A stretch of DNA of 64,000 bases from Apostichopus japonicus (GCF_037975245.1 NC_092565.1:23210063-23274062), one strand, 5' to 3'. Positions 1-13,480 are shown, numbered from the stretch's first letter. The notes: generated by a model not told the origin, from the letters alone. Translations and numbers: made by a program.

Positions 1-1168
1 ATATAAAATATAACAGAATATAAATCCCTCATATAACAGGTGAAAATATTCTACTGAACCCGTTCCATACCAAGCAGTTTTGAGGCTGCGAAACAAAGGA
101 TCGACCAGAAATATAGAAATAGCATAGTCTGAAGCAGTATCTATACCCTGTGGCAGCTATGATGATTTTCACACACATGATTCAGTGCATGGTACATTCA
201 ATTGTTGGTCAGAATCGGGACATACATACAGTCAAATGTGGTGCAAACTGTAGATTTGCATTGTTTCACACAGATGATTTGAGGATGGATACTTTTGTGG
301 GGCTATGATAAATATCACAAACACAATTCAATAGTACACCTTTCTTTAAGATAGTATACAAATTATACATGGTTATGAGTGCAATAGTGCAAATATTTCA
401 TGAGTTAAAAGATGGAATGTTCCATTCAACGAGGCGCAGCTGAGTTGAATGGAACAAATTACATTTTTCAACGAATGTAATATATGTACTATTGCACAAA
501 TGGAAACCATTCATTATTTGTTTCATACAACACCTTCAAATTTGGATATAATTGGATGTAAAATGCACTCATGCAACAGATTTTTTTGAACAGACAGGTT
601 TCTATGCTCTCTTACCATTGAAAAAAAGTGCTATCAAAAAAGTATAGCACAAGGTTCTATTTCATAGAGTGCAATAGAGCGGATTTTGCATGCAATCGAT
701 GAGCAATTGACCAATCAAATGGCCGGAATATAATTAGGTGTTGTATAATATCTAAACACCTTCAGTCGTGGTAGCTGCATGTTAAAATTATTACACTTTT
801 ATGACAGTATTGGTCAGTCAAGACATTTAGGGCAGAGGTGCCATTCAGAAGCTGTGTATCCCACTTTGTCATCACAAGGTTCCTAGATCAAGCTACTGTC
901 AGACTATACAGTAGGTTAATCCTCTTCAGCCATTGATGAGCATATATGGCCTAATACGGGGGAAATGTTCCATCAGATAAGGAAGGCAATTGGTGGTCCC
1001 CTGAACCGAGTGGTGATTATATTGATAATACACTCCTGTATGGATGCCAATTGTGTGGAAATTCTTGATCATTTTAATAACACACCCCAATATAGACAGG
1101 TCCTAAATCTCTAAGCATTATATTTATTTCAATCAAGATCAATAATTTACTGATTGTACTTTTTGCAG

Positions 1169-1219
1169 ACAACTAATGAAGAGCATGATGAAGTACCTCA
1201 GGAGGAAATGAATACTATG
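1169..1219 (+). CDS. 51-nt cassette exon copy 1 (TTNEEHDEVPQEEMNTM), embedded in the tandem repeat unit
   Basis: tttttgcag|ACAACTAATGAAGAGCATGATGAAGTACCTCAGGAGGAAATGAATACTATG|gtatgtacc. Only one frame is open. The length is 51 nt (phase 0 at both ends), with a canonical polypyrimidine/AG acceptor and GTATGT donor. Confidence 0.45.
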
Positions 1220-2105
1220 GTATGTACCATAATATTTTGGTAAATTAATTTAAGACAATAATTATAGGTATGGGTATTAAACTATACAAGCTAGAATACA
1301 CAATAGATGTAATCTATATACCCTAAGAATATAAAATATAACAGAATATAAATCCCTCATATAACAGGTGAAAATATTCTACTGAACCCGTCCCATACCA
1401 AGCAGTTTTGAGGCTGCGAAACAAAGGATCGACCAGAAATATAGAAATAGCATAGTCTGAAGCAGTATCTATACGCTGTGTCAGCTATGATGATTTTCAC
1501 ACACATGATTCAGTGCATGGTGCATTCAATTGTTGGTCAGAATCGGGACATACATACAGTCAAATGTGGTGCAAACTGTAGATTTGCATTGTTTCACACA
1601 GATGATTTGAGGATGGATACTTTTGTGGGGCTATGATAAATTTCACAAACATGATTCAATAAGCCCTAGTACATCTTTTAATTAAATTGTATCTAAACAA
1701 CGTCAGTTGTGGTAGCTGCATGTTAACTATATTACGCTATCGTGTATTGGTCAGTCAAGACATTTAGGGCAGAGGTGCCATTCAGAAGCTGTGTATCCCA
1801 CTTTGTCATCACAAGGTTCCTAGATCAAGCTACTGTCAGACTATACAGTAGGTTAATCCTCTTCAGCCATTGATGAGCATATATGGCCTAATACGGGGGA
1901 AATGTTCCATCAGATAAGGAAGGCAATTGGTGGTCCCCGGAACCGAGTGGTAATAATATTGATAATACACTCCTGTATGGATGCCATTTGTGTGGACATT
2001 CTTGATCATTTTAATAACACACCCCAATATAGACAGGTCCTAAATCTCTAAGCATTATATTTATTTCAATCAAGATCAATAATTTACTGATTGTACTTTT
2101 TGCAG

Positions 2106-2156
2106 ACAACTAATGAAGAGCATGATGAAGTACCTCAGGAGGAAATGAATACTATG
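2106..2156 (+). CDS. 51-nt cassette exon copy 2
   Basis: Identical exon and splice context in the next repeat unit. Confidence 0.45.
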
Positions 2157-4033
2157 GTATGTACCATAATATTTTGGTAAATTAATTTAAGACAATAATT
2201 ATAGGTATGGGTATTAAACTATACAAGCTAGAATACACAATAGATGTAATCTATATACCCTAAGAATATAAAATATAACAGAATATGCATATTGAATCCC
2301 TCATATAACAGGTGAAAATATTCTACTGAACCCGTTCCATACCAAGCAGTTTTGAGGCTGCGAAACAAAGGATCGACCAGAAATATAGAAATAGCATAGT
2401 CTGAAGCAGTATCTATATGGGTCTGTTCACGTTAAAGCGCCCAAATTAGCATAAATGGCATTTGGAGCATTGTGACAAAATAATTAGAGATTCTAGAGAT
2501 ACAAATATTATCCCCATGGAGAGAGTCCACCTAGCTGTACCTACCATAGCATAGACAATTTCCTGAGATATGCATATAGGTATGCTATACTCCCAGAAGT
2601 GCCGAAATGTGGACGGAAAATGTTGCCGTTTTCAAACTGCACAATTTGTACTTTGATCTATTCTCAACTCCAAAAGAGGATTACTCCAAATTTTGTCATG
2701 ATTGAACTTTGTGGCTATAGGTTCCCTCTCATAAATATTTCAGAAAATTTCATCGATGAATTTGCGAATTATTGCGAAACTGGACCAGTGTTTCGGACAT
2801 CACTTTTTCCGTCCACATTTATACACCAATTTATGAGTGGCATAGTTTGGGGTTAAATAACAAATGTTGAAAGTGGTGTGCCTTTTCAATACTGTCATAG
2901 TTGTATCAAATAAAATATATATCAGATGCATGTCCATTCAGCCACATTTTACTACACAATGAAGTTAAACAACATGCAAAATGTTTCCGTCCACATTTTG
3001 GTGATGTCCGAAACGTCATGAAGCAACTAATATATGAAGTATGCTAAAACCCACAAGACTGTTTTGTTACTCTAATTAAAGCATAAGTACTCCCTCAACT
3101 ACAGTATGTACATGACACATTTCCACTCATCCGTTTTGATTTTATAACCATTTCAAATTTTCCGTCCATGTGTGTGATGTCCGAAACACCAGTGATGTCC
3201 GAAACAAGTTTTAATTAATATTGCTTTATGTTGCTTGAAAAAAAGACACAATAGATGAACACTTCATATATTATGACAAGTTCTATTGTTACAAACATAC
3301 ATACTGCACTACTCAAAACTTCATCCATCTTTACCAAATATTATAGCAAAATAACCTTAAAAGTATGTTTCGGACATCACCATGTGTTTCGGACATCACT
3401 TTTGTGAATCCAACATATTGTAAAACAGCACTAGTTTCAACTGAATGATTCAATTGGTTGATTTCAGTGTGCTAGAATACACTAAGATCCTACAACAGAA
3501 TGCTTCTTAACTTTTGGTGTCATTTGACCAACATGTATTCATCTTTTGATGACTTGTGACAAGTCTAAAATGATATTCTACATATTTGGGTATGAATGTT
3601 ACTGGGAACAACAAGTTACTTGGATTTTTCTAGAACTGACATCATTAACACTACAATTTTCCATCATTTAGTACTGAAGAAGTAAAAAAAACATTTAGTG
3701 AAATTTTTTCTGACATAACATGTATCAGGAACACCATCACAGTATACAGTACATTAGAAAGTAATGCTGTACAGTAATTGTCTGCTATAGCTTAAATCAA
3801 GCTATTTGTCACAACCATAGAAAGCCTTTTTATAGGCTAGAAGAACTACATCAAAGGGCACGTGGGTACCATGCATGGACTGTCATGTGATGTGTTTGAG
3901 CTTCCATGGCGGTACCAATTTGATATTTCCCAATATCATATTGATAATTGTAAAGTTAATTACACACAATTGGAATAGGCCTAGATGAGTTTTGTAGCAC
4001 AGTAGCTCATGTTTCTATCACATCGGTCTACAG

Positions 4034-4451
4034 CAGGGTTGTCCAACCTTTTGCAGAGGAGGGCCACATGGAATGATTATGATGAAGTAGGGGGCCGTAT
4101 GAACCCTTCGCTCGATTTTTTCGACTTTTTGCGCGAAGCCTAAGGCAACAAAATGTGAGCACTGCGCGTGGAGCGCACTAACTTATTTTCCTTCCTGATA
4201 AAACAGTCCAGCCGGCCCCCCTCCCCTCCCCTCCCCTCCGCTGAGAGAGTGTCATACAAACTGACCTGTATGAAGTTTTTTTTTTGGACCCAGAAGGTTC
4301 GAATGATTGATTATATAGCTTCAAATTGTTATCAATAAATCTGCTCACTAAATTTCACACCGTAGAGCCTCTCTGGCGGGCCGGACGCAACCCTGCGGCG
4401 GGCCGGACTGTGGCCAGCGGGCCGTAGGTTGGACAACCCTGGTCTACAGCA
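4034..4451. mobile_element. hAT-like MITE (418 bp) nested in the TIR element
   Basis: Perfect 15-bp TIR CAGGGTTGTCCAACC (4034-4048) and its reverse complement (4437-4451). Perfect 8-bp direct target-site duplication GTCTACAG at 4026-4033 and 4452-4459. An 8-bp TSD with a CAGGG terminus is the hAT signature. Confidence 0.75.
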
Positions 4452-5886
4452 TAGTATGTCAACGTCACTTTGAAAAACTGAACACCGTTCAGTGTCGTCT
4501 GTCGCTCTAATTGATATGGACTCAGTGTGCATCTATAACACCCTATGTCAGAGCAGTTTAACTGTTGATGGGAACTTGATGGTTGTCAAGAAAAGCTACC
4601 AGTATTTTGGGAAGATGTTAGCTAAGTAGTAGGACTGTGGAACGTGTCTGGTGATCTAACCTATAAATGTTGGTCAACGACTATAACTATAATGTTAAGG
4701 TACAGACATTGCTAGGTAACTGTGTGTTGTCTGCTGCTCTAAGCCCAGATATACATTTACTGTATTAGTTAGTAAATCACAATGGGCAATGTGAAGATTA
4801 ATGCAGTATATCAGATTATTAGTACCACCCTGGAACACATTACAGCACATGACCCTCTGACTGGTACACGGATTTACTGTGTGGTGAAACCTCCAGGTTT
4901 ACTCGATGGTGTCAACAGTAGTAATATACACAGAGTGGTGCATCATGCATGCATGACCATGTTTTCATTCCGAGTTCCTTCACTGAGACTTCAGATCTTT
5001 AGTGATATGTACAGTATACAGATATTTATCATGATGAAACTTAAGGATAAAGCTGAACAATTTGCTGAGCTGCTGTATACCATAACATCTAAGCCCTATA
5101 CTTAAATGTAAGTTTAGGCCATAAGCTTAAATAATAACAATCTTACAAAGTAAATCATTTAATTCATATGTGACAAGGAGTATTTGTACAAACCATGAAT
5201 ACTTGTTTTTCACATCATAATTGCCAAGGCATAATGATGAATCTCAATAAAGAAGGATATTTAAACTAGTACTTATAGTAGTTACTCGTATTGGCTACTA
5301 CTGTTGCTTAGCTGGGCCAGTGGAAGCAATCTTCAACATCGGCAGATCCAGCTCAAAGGTGCATGGGGAGGGGGTGGGAGCGGGTGGGTACCATTTGAAG
5401 GGGTGCAAAATAGTTATTGCTGACATTACAAAATAGGACCAAGCATTCTAATGGAGTTTAGGTTATGATACCTCCCTTCTGAAAATTGTTTAAATAGTAG
5501 ACTCAATGATACTAGCTACAACAGGTGGGTGCCAAATTAGCTATGTAGGGATGTCTCCTGTGTACATCTGTATATTTATTAAATGGTAAATATTTGCTGT
5601 TTGTTTCAATTATTGCAGACTTCATCTAGGTAATGATGGAAATGTGGAAACCGTAAAAGATAAAAAGAATTCTATAACCCTTTTGGGGAAAAATTTCTTT
5701 GCAGTCAATAATAATACCATTTTCTGCAAAATAATGTATAAGTTGATGTCTGGGAAGTGTTGGTGAACGCTTGCCAATGCAAATGGTATGCTGGACAGGT
5801 ACAGTAACGAATGTGGTGAAGCAGAGATTAACTTTATGCCAATGGTGATCAATGAATGGTCACTATGTGGAGTGTTATGGAGTGTT

Positions 5887-6081
5887 TGCGCAGTGGTTAA
5901 CGCAGTGGTTAACGGTGCCTTTCAATCATAAGGTCCCGAGTTTGTGTCACTCCAAGATTAATGTATGTCGTCCAGTTACAGAGTTGTTGACAATTGACAA
6001 TTCATAATCATGGTCGCTAAAAATGAATCTAAGAGACTGACTTCGATCAGCTTGCGGCTTTGCGGCTTTGCGGCTTTGATC
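5887..6081 (+). mobile_element. tRNA-derived SINE copy (5'-truncated). A 3' fragment at 6082-6150 lies between this copy and the next.
   Basis: Shares its body with the full copy at 21574-21761 (minus strand): ...cagtggttaacggtgcctttcaatcataaggtcccgagtttgtgtcactccaagattaatgtatgtcgtccagttacagag...gactgacttcgatcagcttgcggctttg, followed by a (cggctttg)n tail. Confidence 0.55.
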
Positions 6082-6150
6082 AGCCGCATTCATAATCATG
6101 GTCGCTAAAAATGAATCTAAGAGACTGACTTCGATCAGCTTTGCGGCTTT

Positions 6151-6325
6151 GCGCAGTGGTTAACGGTGCCTTTCAATCATAAGGTCCCGAGTTTGTGTCA
6201 CTCCAAGATTAATGTATGTCGTCCAGTTACAGAGTTGTTGACAATTGACAATTCATAATCATGGTCGCTAAAAATGAATCTAAGAGACTGACTTCGATCA
6301 GCTTGCGGCTTTGATAAGCCAATGA
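6151..6325 (+). mobile_element. tRNA-derived SINE copy (5'-truncated). Its 3' end and flank gataagccaatga are identical to those of the 21574 copy.
   Basis: Same family as the 5887 copy. Ends ...gcttgcggctttgataagccaatga. Confidence 0.55.
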
Positions 6326-8973
6326 TGGCTTTTTCGCGAGTTCCTGCTTGCAGGAAGATCTAAACTAAATGTGTGTATTCTGGATATGTATGAATTGAGT
6401 ATGTAGTAAACAGTGATAATTCATTAACATTAAATGGGGTTATCATTTACACCAAGCCTTCAGATTTTCACTTATCACCTATCTTTTCACCTATCGGCTC
6501 TGTCCAGATGTTCAATTTGAAATATGTGCCTCAGGGCATTTGTTTTCCCAAGAATTTACAGTGCCATTATTTTTCAGTACACCTTGTTGATTTCCCAATC
6601 TATGGTGTTTTAATAAACTGCATTCCCTCAAAAATTCATAATATCTAGTGTAAATCTGCTAAGTACTGTATTATCTGACTGTTGTGTCTATATTGAAGCA
6701 GACTTTTGTTGCTTGAACAGGTTTGAATAGCAAAAATATTACTTCATATTGTTGTTACCTGCTGAAATATGTATTATTGTTATGCAGCTTTGTGAACATT
6801 TTTCCAAGGTGATGTCCGAAACATTCAGTGATGTCCGAAACGCTCATAAAGTAACTTGTAATAAACACTGAGGATGTGAACTATAATAAGTTCAAAACTG
6901 TCATTATACCTTGTAGGTAGCTTGTCAACAACAAAGACCCCTTTGTTACAAATTTAACTTTTGATATGATATGCGTTGTGTAGAAAACATTACAGTGATG
7001 TCCTAATACAGTTGTGGTGATGTCCGAAACATAGTCCAAGACAGTCTTATGCAAATCTATAAAACAAGTGTTTGCATTTTTCATTATTTCAAATGAATTT
7101 GATGCTGTTTGTTATCATCACATATCGTGATGTACTGATATATATTGCTAAGTATTAACAAGCATGGCCTTCGTTTAATAATTGTCTTGTTGATCACTTG
7201 GATCACTTGTATCCCTTTTCTTTGTTTTGAACTTGGAACCTAGGAAGGGTCCATAGATCTCTTTTGGTACAGGTATCAACTTACTAAAATGCTTTTCTAT
7301 TCATTATTGCCATGAAATGAACATCATTTGGTTTATTACTAAATATTAGGTTTAATATATTAGGTAAACCATTGGTGGGTGATGTCCGAAACAAGATCAT
7401 TTTGGAGGGGTGATGTCTGAAACAAGAGTCAAGAAAAAAAAAATTCTGAGAGGACATGACCCAGAATTTTCAGCTTTTGGTTACTATATGTGCTTATGTT
7501 GTGGTTTAATTTTATGGTGTAATTGTTACTATTAATTTCAATTTTGTTCTTTAAAGAAAAACTTTTTTAACATTATTTCAGGAAAAATTGAATATTTTCT
7601 AACGATACTCGAATATTTTTTAAGAAACATCATCGATATCATTGAAAACTTGTCTTACAATAGCAAATTTTGTGTTAATAAAGAAAATAAAAACAGAATT
7701 CCCAAATGTAGCAGCAATGGAATGACACACCACCATTACAAAAAGAACAAATTTTGGAAAATTTATAGATTGTCACACTTACAACCATCTTGAATATAAT
7801 TTCCAGAATAGTTTAAGCTCTGTTCAATTCTGATTCATAAAGTGCAGATATTAGTTATGTTATTTACTTAGAATAGAAGTTCTTTACTGTAATTTGAAAA
7901 TTTGGTACCTCAGGCAACCAAATTGGGCGCTTTAACGTGAACAGACCCATATGCTGTGTCAGCTGTGATGATTTTCACACACATGATTCAGTGCATGGTA
8001 CATTCAATTGTTGGTCAGAATCGGGACATACATACAGTCAAATGTGGTGCAAACTGTAGATCTGCATTGTTTCACACAGATGATTTGAGGATGGATACTT
8101 TTGTGGGGCTATGATAAATATCACAAACACAATTCAATAGTACACCTTTCTTTAAGATAGTATACAAATTATAGATGGTTATGAGTGCAATAGTGCAAAT
8201 ATTTCATGAGTTAAAAGATGGAAAGTTCCATTCAACGAGGCGCAGCTGAGTTGAATGGAACAAATTACATTTTTCAACGAATGTAATATTTGTACTATTG
8301 CACAAATGGAAACCATTCATTATTTGTTTCATACAACACCTTCAAATTTGGATATAATTGGATGTAAAATGCACTCATGCAACAGATTTTTTTGAACAGA
8401 CAGGTTTCTATGCTCTCTTACCATTGAAAAAAGTGCTATCAAAAAAGTATAGCACATGGTTCTATTTCATAGAGTGCAATAGAGCGGATTTTGCATGCAA
8501 TCGACGAGCAATGGACCAATCAAATGGCCGGAATATAATTAGGTGTTGTATAATATCTAAACACCTTCAGTCGTGGTAGCTGTATGTTAACATTATTACA
8601 CTTTTATGACAGTATTGGTCAGTCAAGACATTTAGGGCAGAGGTGCCATTCAGAAGCTGTGTATCCCACTTTGTCATCACAAGGTTCCTAGATCAAGCTA
8701 CTGTCAGACTATACAGTAGGTTAATCCTCTTCAGCTATTGATTAGCATATATGGCCTAATACGGGGGAAATGTTCCATCAGATAAGGAAGGCAATTGGTG
8801 GTCCCCTGAACCGAGTGGTGATTATATTGATAATACACTCCTGTATGGATGCCAATTGTGTGGAAATTCTTGATCATTTTAATAACACACCCCAATATAG
8901 ACAGGTCCTAAATCTCTAAGCATTATATTTATTTCAATCAAGATCAATAATTTACTGATTGTACTTTTTGCAG

Positions 8974-9024
8974 ACAACTAATGAAGAGCATGATGAAGTA
9001 CCTCAGGAGGAAATGAATACTATG
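8974..9024 (+). CDS. 51-nt cassette exon copy 3
   Basis: Identical exon and splice context. Confidence 0.45.
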
Positions 9025-10300
9025 GTATGTACCATAATATTTTGGTAAATTAATTTAAGACAATAATTATAGGTATGGGTATTAAACTATACAAGCTAGA
9101 ATACACAATAGATGTAATCTATATACCCTAAGAATATAAAATATAACAGAATATAAATCCCTCATATAACAGGTGAAAATATTCTACTGAACCCGTCCCA
9201 TACCAAGCAGTTTTGAGGCTGCGAAACAAAGGATCGACCAGAAATATAGAAATAGCATAGTCTGAAGCAGTATCTATACGCTGTGTCAGCTATGATGATT
9301 TTCACACACATGATTCAGTGCATGGTACATTCAATTGTTGGTCAGAATCGGGACATACATACAGTCAAATGTGGTGCAAACTGTAGATCTGCATTGTTTC
9401 ACACAGATGATTTGAGGATGGATACTTTTGTGGGGCTATGATAAATATCACAAACACAATTCAATAGTACACCTTTCTTTAAGATAGTATACAAATTATA
9501 GATGGTTATGAGTGCAATAGTGCAAATATTTCATGAGTTAAAAGATGGAAAGTTCCATTCAACGAGGCGCAGCTGAGTTGAATGGAACAAATTACATTTT
9601 TCAACGAATGTAATATTTGTACTATTGCACAAATGGAAACCATTCATTATTTGTTTCATACAACACCTTCAAATTTGGATATAATTGGATGTAAAATGCA
9701 CTCATGCAACAGATTTTTTTGAACAGACAGGTTTCTATGCTCTCTTACCATTGAAAAAAGTGCTATCAAAAAAGTATAGCACATGGTTCTATTTCATAGA
9801 GTGCAATAGAGCGGATTTTGCATGCAATCGACGAGCAATGGACCAATCAAATGGCCGGAATATAATTAGGTGTTGTATAATATCTAAACACCTTCAGTCG
9901 TGGTAGCTGTATGTTAACATTATTACACTTTTATGACAGTATTGGTCAGTCAAGACATTTAGGGCAGAGGTGCCATTCAGAAGCTGTGTATCCCACTTTG
10001 TCATCACAAGGTTCCTAGATCAAGCTACTGTCAGACTATACAGTAGGTTAATCCTCTTCAGCCATTGATGAGCATATATGGCCTAATACGGGGGAAATGT
10101 TCCATCAGATAAGGAAGGCAATTGGTGGTCCCCGGAACCGAGTGGTAATAATATTGATAATACACTCCTGTATGGATGCCAATTGTGTGGACATTCTTGA
10201 TCATTTTAATAACACACCCCAATATAGACAGGTCCTAAATCTCTAAGCATTATATTTATTTCAATCAAGATCAATAATTCACTGATTGTACTTTTTGCAG

Positions 10301-10351
10301 ACAACTAATGAAGAGCATGATGAAGTACCTCAGGAGGAAATGAATACTATG
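10301..10351 (+). CDS. 51-nt cassette exon copy 4
   Basis: Identical exon and splice context. Confidence 0.45.
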
Positions 10352-11627
10352 GTATGTACCATAATATTTTGGTAAATTAATTTAAGACAATAATTATAGG
10401 TATGGGTATTAAACTATACAAGCTAGAATACACAATAGATGTAATCTATATACCCTAAGAATATAAAATATAACAGAATATAAATCCCTCATATAACAGG
10501 TGAAAATATTCTACTGAACCCGTCCCATACCAAGCAGTTTTGAGGCTGCGAAACAAAGGATCGACCAGAAATATAGAAATAGCATAGTCTGAAGCAGTAT
10601 CTATACGCTGTGTCAGCTATGATGATTTTCACACACATGATTCAGTGCATGGTACATTCAATTGTTGGTCAGAATCGGGACATACATACAGTCAAATGTG
10701 GTGCAAACTGTAGATTTGCATTGTTTCACACAGATGATTTGAGGATGGATACTTTTGTGGGGCTATGGTAAATTTCACAAACATGATTCAATAGTACACC
10801 TTTCTTTAAGATAGTATACAAATTATAGATGGTTATGAGTGCAATAGTGCAAATATTTCATGAGTTAAAAGATGGAAAGTTCCATTCAACGAGGCGCAGC
10901 TGAGTTGAATGGAACAAATTACATTTTTCAACGAATGTAATATTTGTACTATTGCACAAATGGAAACCATTCATTATTTGTTTCATACAACACCTTCAAA
11001 TTTGGATATAATTGGATGTAAAATGCACTCATGCAACAGATTTTTTTGAACAGACAGGTTTCTATGCTCTCTTACCATTGAAAAAAGTGCTATCAAAAAA
11101 GTATAGCACATGGTTCTATTTCATAGAGTGCAATAGAGCGGATTTTGCATGCAATCGACGAGCAATGGACCAATCAAATGGCCGGAATATAATTAGGTGT
11201 TGTATAATATCTAAACACCTTCAGTCGTGGTAGCTGTATGTTAACATTATTACACTTTTATGACAGTATTGGTCAGTCAAGACATTTAGGGCAGAGGTGC
11301 CATTCAGAAGCTGTGTATCCCACTTTGTCATCACAAGGTTCCTAGATCAAGCTACTGTCAGACTATACAGTAGGTTAATCCTCTTCAGCCATTGATGAGC
11401 ATATATGGCCTAATACGGGGGAAATGTTCCATCAGATAAGGAAGGCAATTGGTGGTCCCCGGAACCGAGTGGTAATAATATTGATAATACACTCCTGTAT
11501 GGATGCCAATTGTGTGGACATTCTTGATCATTTTAATAACACACCCCAATATAGACAGGTCCTAAATCTCTAAGCATTATATTTATTTCAATCAAGATCA
11601 ATAATTCACTGATTGTACTTTTTGCAG

Positions 11628-11678
11628 ACAACTAATGAAGAGCATGATGAAGTACCTCAGGAGGAAATGAATACTATG
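11628..11678 (+). CDS. 51-nt cassette exon copy 5
   Basis: Identical exon and splice context. Confidence 0.45.
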
Positions 11679-12564
11679 GTATGTACCATAATATTTTGGT
11701 AAATTAATTTAAGACAATAATTATAGGTATGGGTATTAAACTATACAAGCTAGAATACACAATAGATGTAATCTATATACCCTAAGAATATAAAATATAA
11801 CAGAATATAAATCCCTCATATAACAGGTGAAAATATTCTACTGAACCCGTCCCATACCAAGCAGTTTTGAGGCTGCGAAACAAAGGATCGACCAGAAATA
11901 TAGAAATAGCATAGTCTGAAGCAGTATCTATACGCTGTGTCAGCTATGATGATTTTCACACACATGATTCAGTGCATGGTACATTCAATTGTTGGTCAGA
12001 ATCGGGACATACATACAGTCAAATGTGGTGCAAACTGTAGATTTGCATTGTTTCACACAGATGATTTGAGGATGGATACTTTTGTGGGGCTATGGTAAAT
12101 TTCACAAACATGATTCAATAAGCCCTAGTACATCTTTTAATTAAATTGTATCTAAACAACGTTAGTTGTGGTAGCTGCATGATAACTATATTACGCTATC
12201 GTGTATTGGTCAGTCAAGACATTTAGGGCAGAGGTGCCATTCAGAAGCTGTGTATCCCACTTTGTCATCACAGGGTTCCTAGATCAAGCTACTGTCAGAC
12301 TATACAGTAGGTTAATCCTCTTCAGCCATTGATGAGCATATATGGCCTAATACGGGGGAAATGTTCCATCAGATAAGGAAGGCAATTGGTGGTCCCCTGA
12401 ACCGAGTGGTAATAATATTGATAATACACTCCTGTATGGATGCCAATTGTGTGGAAATTCTTGATCATTTTAATAACACACCCCAATATAGACAGGTCCT
12501 AAATCTCTAAGCATTATATTTATTTCAATCAAGATCAATAATTCACTGATTGTACTTTTTGCAG

Positions 12565-12615
12565 ACAACTAATGAAGAGCATGTTGAAGTGCCTCAGGAG
12601 GAAATGAATACTATG
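12565..12615 (+). CDS. 51-nt cassette exon copy 6 (variant HVEVP: GAT>GTT, GTA>GTG)
   Basis: Same context. Point variants keep the frame open. Confidence 0.4.
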
Positions 12616-13429
12616 GTATGTACCATAATATTTTGGTAAATTAATTTAAGACAATAATTATAGGTATGGGTATTAAACTATACAAGCTAGAATACACAAT
12701 AGATGTAATCTATATACCCTAAGAATATAAAATATAACAGAATATGCATATTGAATCCCTCATATAACAGGTGAAAATATTCTACTGAACCCGTCCCATA
12801 CCAAGCAGTTTTGATGATTTTCACACACATGATTTAGTGCATGGTACATTCAATTGTTGGTCAGAATCGGGACATACATACAGTCAAATGTGGTGCAAAC
12901 TGTAGATTTGCATTGTTTCACACAGATGATTTGACCATGGATACTTTTGTGGGGCTATGGTAAATTTCACAAACATGATTCAATAAGCCCTAGTACAATT
13001 TTTTTTAAATTGTATCTAAACAACGTCAGTTGTGGTAGCTGCATGTTAACTATATTACGCTATCATGTATTGGTCAGTCAAGACATTTAGGGCAGAGGTG
13101 CCATTCAGAAGCTGTGTATCCCACTTTGTCATCACAAGGTTCCTAGATCAAACTACTGTCAGACTATACCGTAGGTTAAAATTCTCTCCAGCTATGCATT
13201 GAACATATGGCCTCATACGGGGGAAAGGCTCCATCAGATAAAGAATATTGCATTGGTGGTCCCAGGAACAGAGCGGTAATTATTGATATTGTACACACCA
13301 TGTATGGATGCCAATTGTTACATTCTTGATCATTTTAAGAACACATCCCAATAAAGACAGGTCCTAAATCTCTAAGCATTATATTTCTTTCAATCAAGAT
13401 CAATAATTCACTGATTGTACCTTTTGCAG

Positions 13430-13480
13430 ACAACTAATGAAGAGCAGGATGAAGTACCTCAGGAGGAAATGAATACTATG
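13430..13480 (+). CDS. 51-nt cassette exon copy 7 (variant CAT>CAG, H>Q)
   Basis: Same context in a more diverged unit. Confidence 0.4.

Larger units (their letters stand above)
2418..7949. mobile_element. Non-autonomous TIR DNA transposon (~5.5 kb) inserted in the tandem array. TA target-site duplication suggests the Tc1/mariner superfamily; it has no coding capacity.
   Basis: 27-28-bp terminal inverted repeats: TGGGTCTGTTCACGTTAAAGCGCCCAA at 2418-2444 and its reverse complement at 7923-7949. Flanking TA at 2416-17 and 7950-51. The outside flanks (atctata / tgctgtgtcagc) rejoin the repeat-unit sequence gtatctatacgctgtgtcagc. The interior carries at least 12 copies, in both orientations, of the subterminal motif GTGATGTCCGAAAC (e.g. 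2808, 2995, 3178, 3190, 3368, 3385, 6811, 6827, 7016, 7380, 7407) and a second motif TTCCGTCCACAT. No ORF exceeds 107 aa. Confidence 0.6.

Noticed and set aside
4782-5105. 107-aa ORF inside the TIR transposon
   Set aside because: No splice context. Not conserved elsewhere in the window. A random ORF of this length is plausible in this region.
8358-11233. Three identical 73-aa ORFs (MDVKCTHATDFFEQ...) at 8358, 9685 and 11012
   Set aside because: They are the same piece of the 1.3-kb tandem repeat unit read three times. There is no splice or start context, and the sequence is low-complexity and AT-rich. The identity reflects repeat copies, not conserved coding.
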